From Camelus dromedarius (Eukaryota): a DNA stretch of 64,000 nucleotides. The stretch is taken from NCBI RefSeq assembly GCF_036321535.1, contig NC_087447.1, forward strand, positions 39,124,001-39,188,000, in the 5' to 3' direction. Numbering within the stretch: position 1 is the first letter of the stretch; each line of letters begins with the position of its first letter. The notes beneath the pieces were generated by a model, which saw nothing but the letters and a program-made list of their open reading frames with translations, was not told the origin of the DNA and ran no database searches. A program made the translations under genes and the position numbers. Positions 25,397 through 38,100 of the stretch are shown one piece after another.

Positions 25397-27920
25397 TTTT
25401 TTTTTTTTTTTACTGCACACGTATTTTAAAATTTACATATATGTACTGTTCATTGTTTCTAAGAACATTTAGAGCTTTAGCTTTTTAAACTTACATAGTT
25501 ATCAAAGGAATAAAGCCAACCACAAAATAAGAATTAACTCAGAAGGATACATTCACCCTGCTATTAACAGCAACATTATTTATAATTGCCAAGATATGGA
25601 AGCATCCTAAGTGCATATCAATAGTTGAAAAAATAATGGAGATGAAGTATGTGTGTGTGTGTGTGTGTGTAATGGAATACAACTCACCCATTAAAAAGAA
25701 GGATATTTGCCATTTGTGATCCTTAATTTACTTTTTTTTTTCACTTCAAAAACCAGAATTTTATAAGTGGCAGAGACATTCCCATGACATCAAAAACAGC
25801 AAAATACCTTAAAATAAACTTAACCAAGGAGGTTACCTATACTCTGAAAACCAAAATGACACAAAGAAATGGAAAGATTTCTTGTGCTCTTAGATTGGAA
25901 GAATCAACACAATCAAAATGGCCACACTACCCAAAGCAATCCACAGATCCAATGCAACCCCCATCAAAATACTCGCAACATTCCTCACAGAACTAGAACA
26001 AACAATTCCAAAATTTATAAGGAACCACAAAAGACCCTGAACAGCCAAATCAATCTTTTGTAGGTCTCTTGTTTTTTCTCTTTCGTCTTTTTGTTCTCTT
26101 TTCTTATGATTTGATGACTAGAGAAGGTACTTTAACATTTGTTGTAAAGCTGGTTTGGTGGTGTTGAAATCTTTTAGCTTTTGTTTATCTGTGAAGCTTT
26201 TGATTTCTCCATCAAATCTGAACAAGAGCCTTGCTGGATAGAGTATTCTTGGTTGTAAGTTTCCCTCTTACATCACTTTAAAAATATCATGCCACTCCCT
26301 TCTGGCATAGAGAGTTTCTGCTGAAAAATCAGCTGTTAACCTCATGGGAGTTCCCTTGTATGTTATTCATTATTTTTCTCTTGCTAATTTTAATATTTTC
26401 TTCTTATCCTTAATTGTCAATTTGATGACTGTGTGCCTTGGTGTTGGGTTGATTCTGTGTGGTACTCTCTGCACTTCCAGGACTTGGGTGACTGTTCCCT
26501 TTCCCAAATTGGGGAAGTTTTCAGTGATTATCTCTCTCAAAATTTTCTCAGGTCCTTTTTCTCTCTCTTCTCTTTCTGGGACCCTTATAATGCGAATATT
26601 AGAGCACTTCATATTGTCCCAGAGTTCTCTTAAACTATCCTCATTCCTTTTTATTCTTTTTTCTCTTCTCTGTTCTGAAGTAGTGATTTCCACTAATCTG
26701 TCTTCTGGCTCACTGATCCGTTCCTCTGCCTCATTTAGTCTATTCCTGGTTCCTTCTAGTGTATTCATGTCAGTGATTTTATTCTTCAACTTTGGGTATT
26801 CTTTATATTTTCCAACTCTTTGCTTAAAAACTTCACTCTGTGCATCTATACTCCTCGAGTTCTCTGAACATCTTTGCCATCATTACTTTAAAGTCTTTCT
26901 CAGATAAATTAACTATAACCTCATCACATTTCTTCTTCTGGGATTTTATCTTGTGCCTTGGCCTGGAACATATTCCTTTGCCACCTTGTATCGTCTATCT
27001 TTCTATGTGTTTGTGGATTCCTTCCACAGGCTTTGGGATTATTGTTTTCTTATTTCTACTATCTGTCCCTGGTGGATGAGGCTGGACTAGAAGCTTATGC
27101 AGGTTTCCTGGCTGGAGGAGCCAGTGCCTGCCCACTGCTGAGCGAAGCTTGGTCCTGGACCTCTGGTGGGTAGGGCCGTCTAGAGGCTTTGTGGCTCAGG
27201 AAGCCTGCTGATGGGTGGGGCTGTGTTCCCACCTTGTATGTTGTTTGGCCTGAGGCTTCTCTACAGGCTGTTGGGTAGGGCTAGGTTTTGGTGCTAATGA
27301 TCCAATCAAGATACCACCCTCCAGGAAAGCTCGTGTAGCTTATCATTCCTGAAATGTCCACCACCAGCTTTTATGTCCCCTGAGTGAGCCGCAGCCGTCC
27401 CCCATGTCCCCAGGAGACCCTCAAAATCCAGCAGGCAGGTCTAGCTCAGGTTCCTATGAAATCACTGCCTCTGCCCTTGGACCTGGTGCATTTGAGTTTC
27501 CGTGTACATTTCCCACGTGAATGGAGTCTCTGTTTCCCCTAGTCCCGTGAAGATCTCAGAGCCAAGTCCCCCTAGCCTTCAAAACCAGATGTCCTGGGGT
27601 CTCCTTCTCTTCTCAATGGTGGGACCCAAGCTGGGGAGCCTGATGTGGGGCTTAGAGCTCTCACTCCTGTGAGACAGCCTCTGTGACTTAAAAAATCTTC
27701 AGTTTGTGGGTCGCCCACCCGACAGGTATGGGGCCCAATTATATCACAAGCACGCCCCTCCTACCATCCTGCTGTGGTTCCCTCTGTATGTTTCCAGTTG
27801 CAGAAGATCTTTTCTGCTAGGTTCCAGTCTCTTTTCAAAGGTTGTTTAGCCTTCAGTTGTGGTTTCGTTGTAGTCACAAGGAGAGGCGAGCTTGTGGTCC
27901 TACCACTCCGCCATCTTGGG
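25397..27920 (-). mobile_element. Composite L1-derived element: 5' UTR and decayed ORF1 (-), inverted ORF2/3' pieces (+), unassigned tail and poly(A); HAL1-like or inverted L1
   Basis: Minus strand starts CCCAAGATGGCGG (YY1-type L1 5' end) at 27920; ORF1 remnant about 26990-26118 (RLNEAEERISEPED...LRELWDNMKCSNIRII...PRILYPARL...); plus-strand ORF2 peptide [18 protein letters not shown] near 25892; T15 at 25397-25411. Confidence 0.8.
25650..25670. repeat. (TG)10 microsatellite
   Basis: Read directly from the sequence. Confidence 0.9.
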
Positions 27921-29353
27921 TTTTTTTTTTCTTGACTTTTTCTTTTCTTCCTACTCATTTTCTTCCTACTCGTGCTTTTTCTTCCTTCCTACTCATTACC
28001 ATAAATGAATGGTAGTACTCCAAGTAAATACGTTGTGTGACTGTAAAGCACCAGTCTGAAGTAGACGTATGTAAGCAATGTGAGCTTGCTGATTTTTATT
28101 TTCCTCTCAGAAGTGGCAGATTAAATACTTTGACTTACTATTTGAGATAGTTTTTGATTGCCTTTTATAAATCAAAATCAATTATATTAGGGTCTAATTA
28201 TATAGAGGAATTTAAGGACCAATATCTAAGTAGGTTCTTAAAGTCAGGCTAAACTGATAAGCCAAAAACCAACAGAAGTATAAATAAGAGTTGACAGTTT
28301 GTTGTATGCAAAGTTTAGTTTCTGGGAAGAGAATAGGAGATATGAGAAATTATTTTATTACTTAAAAAATTTTTGCTTTTGGGATGCTACCCGCATTGTA
28401 GAAATAGGCAGTAAAAGAGAGGTGTCAGAGTATCTCTGGAGATACAGCAAACCTAATTATATAACCAGTAAAGCTGTACAGAGTGTTCTAAGCAGCCTGA
28501 GTCATGGAGGAATTTGGCAAAAGCTGATGAAACTGATGAGTTGGAGGTACATTTTTAGGTCACCTTTAAAGTTCAGTAATCTAGCCTCTAAAGGAAACTT
28601 ATCACAAAGTCAGTTTTAATTTCCCTTTGTAGAATATTGGAACAGCTTAAGAAAATTTTCTGAATTTTAATAACATTTCCTATTAAAATTATAGATAATC
28701 ATTACATGATCCTATAAAATGTATAGCAGTGCTTTATTCAACAAAATTGAGACTGAAAGGAAAGCAGTATATCATTAGCTATTAAAGCCACTTAAGTTGT
28801 TACACATTAAAAGTCATTTGAAGAAATAAATACTTCATGCTGTCTGTAGTGAAATTCTTTTCTTCCTTTGGGACCTTCCTTTTGTGAGATAAATTGTTGG
28901 TTTGGGGATTTCCTTATTAACCTAGTGAGAGTCCAAAGTTTGTATTTTGTTCTCAGAATAGAATTAATACTTTCAGTATTTAGGCCAGTTAAAATTGGTA
29001 TTCTTATTAATCTTTTACTAACTTTCAATGCTTACTTATTTGACTTGTGAGAATATTCTGTTCTGTGGGTTTCTATATATTTTTAAGTAGAGCAATAATA
29101 TAAAATTTACCTTACTTTTGATCTTATTCTGGGTCAGTATTAATCAGTTATACATCTTTTTAGAAAAGTCTACAAAATTAATTATTTTAGAAACAGTTTG
29201 ATGTTTTAGGTTTTATTCCTGGGAAATAAATTAATTTTCATGGTGTTCTGGGAAAATGTTATTTGAAATCCAAAAAGCAGAAGTCCTGTGATTTAAAACA
29301 ACGTTTCTAAATCACAGTTTTTAAAAGATATATATCGATCTTTAACTTTTTAA

Positions 29354-29743
<390 letters not shown>

Positions 29744-31878
29744 TGAAGTTTTACAGTTACTCTCTGGTGGAATGTAGTGTTCATGCTGAGCTTTGGAGGT
29801 TAAGTAACTTGCTTAAGTTAATCCAACTAGAAAGTGGTAGAACTAGATCTTGAATTTGATTTTATTTCTAATGATCATTGCTGTACCAGTAGGAATAGCA
29901 AATATGTTAGTTAATGAAGACAGGATACTAAAAGATCTCTACAGGTTGAAAACATAGATTGTATCTAACAAGCAATGATAATATGTTTCCTTCACCTGGG
30001 GCTCCTAAATGCAACCTCCAAAGGCAGCAGATACAAGAATTGTTTAAAGAAAAAACTCCCAACAGTTTTGTTGGCTGAAAAGTCATCATGAGTTGTCAGT
30101 TTGATGTAGATAATTAAAGAAGTATTAATAAGAAGTAGTTAGTAGAATGAAGGAGAGACAATAGTTATCTTCTAATCCATGCTGGTCTAGAGTAATAGAT
30201 TAATATAAAGTTTGTGGTTATCGGAACCACAATCTAGGAATGATGTAGGCAATATGGACTATAGTCATAGGAACTGCAGTCTAAGAATATAGACTTAATT
30301 TTTCAGTGTCCAAAATTCGTATCTTTTTAATTGTAAAATTAACATCTTTTTCTGTTTAATATAAAATGAAAGGAACATATAGATGAAATGGAAATTTACA
30401 TGAAGTTAAAAAAAAAGGAAAACTTGTGTTTTTTTTCTAGGTTGCATATGAGTATAACTATTTGGGATACTGCTGTGTGTGTATGATGTTTGTATCTCTG
30501 AATACAGAATAAATACTAGCATATGACACTGTATACATTTTGAGTAGATAAATGTTTCCTTTTAACATTGGCACTAGACTTTATGAGAAAAAATACTTGA
30601 ACTCTATAGGCTTTTATGTATTATTAGCATAGGGGAAGATTATTGATGGAAAAACTCTTAGGAGGATAACTTGACATGGATAATACTTTATATTTTTACT
30701 TAAACTTTAAAGGAACACAGTTAAGAAGTAATAGACATTTGAAATTGTGCTTCAGCTGTTAGGGTACATTTTCTTTAAAAACAAAACAAAACCTAAAAGA
30801 CTTTTTTTGTGTGTGATCCATATGGATCTGAAAAGATGACTTTCCACTTTTGTAAAAAGTTCAGGTATTTGAGCAAATTGAGTGACATTTGATTCCTGAA
30901 AGGCTTTCTTCTTCTTTTTTTCCCCCAAATCAGAGAAGGCTTCTTTTCATGTCAGTTGACAAAATCATATCTTTGGGGATGAAAATTAATATTCATGGAA
31001 ACTGTAAAAAGCAGTTGACATTTTTGGGGAAACTGAAATAAAAAAGCTTTGTTCTTTATAAGTTCTGTGTTATAACAAAAGAGGAAGCCATTTAAATTGG
31101 GAAATTGTTGAACAGAAAACTTAAATCAGCCGTATTCACTTTAGGAATGGTGATATTGAATTCAGAGGTTCAACTTCCTTTCATCACAATTTAAAATTTT
31201 TCTTGGGGGTTATGCATTTAACTTTTTATTTTGAAGGACATATATTACAAATTGCCTCCTTTCTAAGTACTTGCTGTTATAGGGCCAGCAACATAACTTG
31301 AAAAAATAGAAATTCATTTGTATTTTCCTTATGTAAAAATTAATATTAAGAGCTTGTTACTTATTTAAATTTTTCATTCTGTTCTTAACTTCTTCATATC
31401 TTTCTACTCCAGCATTTGATTGCTTATTTTTTAGTTCTAGGATGCAAGTTTAAGAGTTTTGACCAAGATTTGTTACATTTATAGTTAAGATTGTAAAAAG
31501 TAAAATAACCTAACCTGCCTATACTGTTTTACTTTTTCCTAGTTTAGATTACTGTATGTGCTGCATTATGGCATTGTTTGCAATGAAGACAGCAGTTTTA
31601 AGGAAGAGGCACAGATAACATAGTTTTCCTTTCCCCCTTTTTTCCCCCTCATAAGATTAGAGGAAGAATCACCTTTTCCCCTAGCCTGATTGATTCCCTA
31701 CCCCCCCCACCCACCCAAGAAGAAAGGACTGGAAAGGTCTTAGCTTCTGAATTTTATTAATTGATTTTGTTTGCTTGTAGATAATTTACACTACTGTTCC
31801 CTCCCATAAAAAGGCAATACTTCATTTATTACATTTGCCAGAATAAATTTCTTGAACTAATTTAATGACATCATTTAA

Positions 31879-32130
<252 letters not shown>

Positions 32131-33201
32131 TAGGTACTTGGATTAGAAGCAAAGTTTTAGTTAGATATCTCTATGGAGGTATCCAGGATATTTTGTAAAA
32201 ATATGATTTAATTCATCTTTTTTGGTACATAAATATATGATATAAAAAAAGAATTTTATGACCTTTGCAAAGGTAAGATAGGAGATGATTCCTCTCTTAG
32301 GTCTGCCTAGGCAGTCCTTTCAAGGGTTTAACAATAACATTTCTGTAGTCGTATTACTCTACCCTCCTTAATTCTCTTAAATGCAATGTTGATTATTTTT
32401 TACTACTAAGAATGAATGTGGCTACTGGAATTCTAATGTTTTACTGCACATCACTAACAATATGGACACTTAAGAACATTTAAAAATCACCTCTAAAATG
32501 TATTTAGTATTTATGTTTTAAACCTTTTTAAAAAATGTTTAATCTTTCATTTTGAGTAATATTTGAATTAGTACTACAGTCCCTACTTGTCATTTTAAAT
32601 CAGTGATAAAAGTTTGATTTATAGCATGTGACAGCTTATGCCACAGTGTGAAAATATGATTTTCTTAAATAGTTTTGTGGGACTAGGAGAGGGAGGATTC
32701 TGAGATGCAAGACAGGAAAAGTAGTTGATCTCAATCAGGTGGTTAGCACTCGGACAAGTACCAGAAGATGTCTTGCTTTCATTTATGTAGTAACTTTAGA
32801 AATTGTGTTACTGTGGCTCTGAACCTCAAGAAGCTTGAAGCAGATCTTAATTTTGGGGGAAGTGCTTTTTCAGCAGCCCATACTTCCACTTGACACCCCG
32901 TGGAGTTGACAAGAAAGAATTTTATGTCTGAGCGATGGAGTAACTTTGTAACTATGGGTCTAGCCCCTAACAACAATTTAAGTAGATTTTGGAAATAATT
33001 ACCATTGATTGTTCTTAATTATATGGGGAACACCAAAGAACAGTATTTGGAAGAAGAATATCTAATTGTGTGTTCTGTCTGCATATATTTTAAATACATG
33101 GATATGACTTTGAAGTTCTTCATTAAAAATCTTAAGTTTTGCTCTGTTCTCTAGGTAACATTTAAGGTGACTTTAATTTTCTTAAAAAAAGAAAGTTTAG
33201 T

Positions 33202-33316
33202 GGGAATGGTATAGCTCAAGTGGTAGAGCACATGCTTAGCATACACAGGACCCTGGGTTCAATCCCCAGTACCTCCTCTAAAAATAAGTAAGTAAACCTA
33301 ATTACCTCCTCCCCCC

Positions 33317-33375
<59 letters not shown>

Positions 33376-33376
33376 A
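33202..33376 (+). mobile_element. tRNA-Ala-derived SINE (camelid Vic-1-like) with (TAAA)15 tail
   Basis: Pol III A box TAGCTCAAGTGG 33212-33223, B box GGTTCAATCC 33256-33265, body aaacctaattacctcc, tandem tail 33317-33376. Confidence 0.85.
33317..33376 (+). repeat. (TAAA)15 perfect microsatellite
   Basis: Counted directly. Confidence 0.95.
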
Positions 33377-33748
33377 GTTTTTTAAAAAGTTAAGAAAATG
33401 TATGGTAGTTATGTAGATAACTTGTAGAGGGGGAAATACATAGGAATTAGCATGATATAGTAGAGAGAGAAGATATGCGTAATTAATGGAGAAACCCAGG
33501 TTCTAATCTTACCTCTGCTGTTAAGTAATTTTATGACTGGGTGAGTCAGTGGACTCATTTGGACATAAATTTGTCTTGTTTGGAAAATGAAAAAGTAGCT
33601 AGGTGAACTGAGGTCCCAATAACTAAATTCCACAGTTTGCAAATCTCAGAGCACCACTATTTTTGAAAATTTTACCAGTTCAATTTTAATAAGTTTTGGC
33701 TACCTCATACTCCAGATGTTTTATGCATTCTTTACTTTCTTTTTTTAG

Positions 33749-33901
<153 letters not shown>

Positions 33902-34789
33902 TAGAGTTACAGTATATTGGAATCAAAAGCCTGAAATAGTGCTGTTTACCTAGACTTCAAATATTTGTTTAATTGTAAAGCACTCTAATGCCATGAAGGT
34001 TGTTTATGGAAGTCCACAGAGATCTTTATAAGCTCTTAGTGCAATTTTCTAAAACTTTCTTTCAAATTTATTTTTTTAGATAGATTCTTCTAGATTTCCT
34101 CTTCAGTTGTTTCCTCTGTCATTTGTTGCCAGTCTTTATCTCCCAGCTTGAGAGCCCTGGCTTTGGCCAATATCATACTTGGCTTCACTCTTCAGATCAC
34201 ATCAACCAAAAATTTATAATTTTTTTTTGTATTTACAATGTAATATAATATCCTGTGCCACTATGGAAGATACAAATAATTCTCAAGAACAGTATTTGTC
34301 ACTAAATATCTTAAAATGAATACCAAATACCTAGCCCTCATTTATACAAAAGGTTAAATGACTTCATCCAAGAACTTACAACATAGTCTCAGAGCAGAGT
34401 CTAGAACTTTGCAAATCCTACCTCTTTAATATTTTTCTCTCATCCCTTCCCTAAGACCCTTCCCTAGCAACCATCCGTGTTTTCACTGTTATGTCATGTC
34501 TAAGAGGAAAAGGTGATTATATACATAGAAAAGTAAAAATGTGTATGAGAATTATCAAACGGTGACTTGGATTTTAAGTGGCTGGAAAAGTTAAGAAGGA
34601 GATGTCATTGTGGGCTAGTAGGATTGGGAAAGAGTTCAGAGGAGACATAGGTAGTAAAGAATACATAGAAATGACTTCTTAATCTTCTTTCATAGACCCT
34701 ACCATATAGTGAAGGGACTCTGGTAGGTAGTAGCTCCCCAGATAGGCTATAATTTCCTCATTATTCACATTCCCTTTCCAGGCAAGGAT

Positions 34790-36605
34790 TTGCTCGTTGA
34801 TTGAATATGGGGTGGGAAAGAGAGAAGAGGACTTTAATTAGAAGTGTGGAGTTGCCATTAATTGAGATGGAGGAGACCTCATGGGGAGCAGAAATCTAAA
34901 AGCTTGATTTTGGATATGTTAAGTTTGAAATATCTATTAGACATCCAAGTGGAATTGCTGAGTGGGGCATTGGGCATACATGTCTAAAACTGAAGAGAAA
35001 GATGTGGGCCAGTTATTTATATGTAGGAGTTATAATTATATGGGTAGTACTCAAAGAAAAAATGTTTTAAGGACTGTACACATTGATCTGTAACCCCTCT
35101 TTTCACATAACAGGCTTAAGAACCAAGTTGAGGACTTTTATTCTAAGGATAGAATGGCATGGAAGGTTTAAACAAGAGACACCTATTAGATTTGGCTACT
35201 GTGGGGAAAATGAATTACACAGGGGCAAAAGCAAATGATGGGAATATAATTAGAAAGTTTACAGTAGTTTGAGTGAGAGTTGATTTGGACTATGGTGGGG
35301 GAAATGAGGATGGAATGAGTTTTGGTTAACTATTGTTATGTAATAGTCCATTCCAAACTTAGTAGCATAAAATAATCTTTATTTTGTGTGTTGAGAATTC
35401 AGACAAGGTACAACAGATGTGTCTTATGTCTGCTTCATAATATGTGAGGCCTCATCTTGTGAAGGATTGAAGGACTGAGGTGACTCAGAAGGTTTAAGAC
35501 TTCTTCATTCACTTGTGTGCACCTTAGACTAGGATGACTCAAAGGCTGGTTTCGGCTAGGACTGTCAGACAGAGTACCTACATATGACCTCTTCATGTGG
35601 CTTGGGCTTCTCCAAGCCTGGAGACTGGGTTCAGAGAGGAAGCATTTGGAGAGCAAGCATTCCCAAGACTGAGGCAGAACCATAAGTTACGTATCCCACA
35701 CCTCTGCTGCACTCCCCTGGTTACAAGCAAGTTAGTACGACCAGGCTAGATTAAAGGAGAGAGGAATTGGACTTCTCCTGTGAGGAGATGTCAGGGTCAC
35801 ATTGCAGAAAAGCGTGTGACAAAGGAGATTTTGAAGCTATCTTTGGAAAATAGCATCTTCCAGGGAAAGAAATGACACAATTCAACTTGTATTTAAGAGG
35901 TGGACTTCATAGAGCTTGGGAATGATTGAATTGAGATGAAAGAGGAATCAAGGATTCATTCATTTATTCTACAAAAATTTAAGAGCCTGTCATATGACTA
36001 GCACTCTTCTGCGATGATTCTGAGAACTTGAGTAGATGGTGATGCGATTTATTGATTTGGAAAACACTGCAGAGAGAGACAGAAATGATTAAGTTCAGTT
36101 TTGGATATGTTGAGTTCGAGGTGCTTTTGAGGGGTCATCCTAGTGAAGATTTCCAGGAGGCAGTTGACTGTAGTGCATCTAGAATATAGAAGGCAGAATT
36201 AGTAGAATAAATTGGGAATTGTCAGCATAAGGTGAGAGAAGAAAAGAACTTAACATTTTTTTCCTGAAAAATACCGATATTTAATGAACAGCTAGAGGAG
36301 AAAGAGTTGACAAAGGTGACTGAAATAGAATGGCCAGAGAGGAGAAAGAACGCCAGGGATAATGGTATCAGATTCTTAGAGATGAGAATGTGTAAGGAGG
36401 GAGTGGTCCCTGTAAGAGATTCCATTGAGAGGTTAAATAAAATCGGGATCAAACGATGTTCATCGTCTTTAACAATTTAAAGGTCATTTTCAGACTCTAT
36501 TGAGGGCAGTTTTGAGTAGTGAGTGTCGAAGTCAGATTGGAATTGGTTCAGAAGTTAGGGGAAAGAAAATGTGTTTATATATCTAGAAGTTTGGCTATAA
36601 AGGGA
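34790..36605 (-). mobile_element. L2 fragments with a nested MaLR LTR
   Basis: L2 text (ttttggatatgttaagtttgaaatatctattagacatccaagtgg; gttcagttttggatatgttgagttcgaggtg); boundaries approximate. Confidence 0.65.
35325..35862. mobile_element. MLT1H-like MaLR LTR
   Basis: ccaaacttagtagcataaaataat...acctacatatgacctcttcatgtggcttgggcttc...atctttggaaaata. Confidence 0.7.
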
Positions 36606-37521
36606 ATTTAAATTTAAAAAATCCTAATGGAAACAGCCCTAGAGAAGCAGAGGGCTAAATAATAATAATACAGATTGTTATTTAATTATTTATTATGTTG
36701 TTAATAATTATTCTATAATTAGACAACATAGTGTAGGGAGAAGAAAGCTCTCCTTTGTAAGACTGTGGTTTTGAGTTTTGGTGTCCTTTTCTGACCCTCC
36801 TAGTAGTTTCTGAGGTGGTAGAGCCTTAGATAGGAGATAGGACATTGCTGTTGAAATAGGAATAAAAAGAAAAATGATTAGGTCAATGTAGGTGAGGCTG
36901 TGTATTTGGGAAGTTAAAGTTGTTCATTATGTCTGGACTTAAGAAGGGTCAAGTGAAGTGTATCTTTCATTCCTCTCAATTCTAGGGTCACGTCAGCTAT
37001 ATAATTCCTGTACCGTGCTGTATTTTGTTTGGCCTTTTGCCACTGTTTTTCCAGTCGGTTGACTCAGTTCATCCTACCCTTCTTCCTACACTGAAATATT
37101 AATGTTGTTTGTAAATAATTTTCTGAGAAGGAAAACATGTGGAAGATGGAATATGGGAGCTATTTTATTTCATATAGATAATCTGAAAAAATATCCTTAG
37201 GATATACTTTAAGATATAACTGCATATATTGATGGAAGACAACATAATGTAGTGAAAAAAAAAAAAAACCAACCCTGGACTAGGGATGGAGTAGGAGGAG
37301 GGCAGATTTAATTCTGATTTTGCAAATTAGTTTTATAACCTTTGGTAGATTGCTTCATGATGTGTAAAACAAAGGAGCTTGTGTTAGATGACTTTAATTG
37401 GCCCTTCTTGCTGTAAGATTATACAGTTCCATAAGAACTCCTCCTGAGAAAAGTTTTGTTGAATAAAGAATAACCATTATATTGTTTACAGGGTCCCAAA
37501 GTAGTTGCTGAACTAATCTGA

Positions 37522-37890
<369 letters not shown>

Positions 37891-37902
37891 TGAACCCTTA
37901 CA

Positions 37903-38100
37903 CCAGGAATCAGCAAACTAAGGCTTGTGGGCCAAATCCAGCCTTTTGCCCATTTTAATAAATTAAGTTATATGTATTGTCTATGGCTGCTTTTGTGCTA
38001 CATTGGCAGAGTTGAGTAGTTGTAATGAAGACCGCGTGGCTAGCAAAGCCCAAAGCTATTTACTGTCTGGTCCTTTACAGAAAAAGTGCTCCCACCCCTG
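37903..38100. mobile_element. MER58-like hAT element
   Basis: caggaatcagcaaactaaggcttgtgggccaaatcc...ctggtcctttacagaaaaagt...cccctg. Confidence 0.75.

Noticed and set aside
26344..26907. 187-aa hydrophobic + strand ORF
   Set aside because: It is the antisense shadow of L1 ORF1.
27945..27997. Three copies of CTTCCTACTC next to the L1 5' end
   Set aside because: This is short low-complexity slippage, too small and irregular to be an array.
33202..33276. tRNA-Ala gene
   Set aside because: It continues into a SINE body and tandem tail, and a diverged second copy sits at 20352-20486, so it is a SINE.
36876..36895. RORE/DR4-like AGGTCA-atgt-AGGTGA
   Set aside because: The match is imperfect and isolated, and would be expected by chance in 64 kb.
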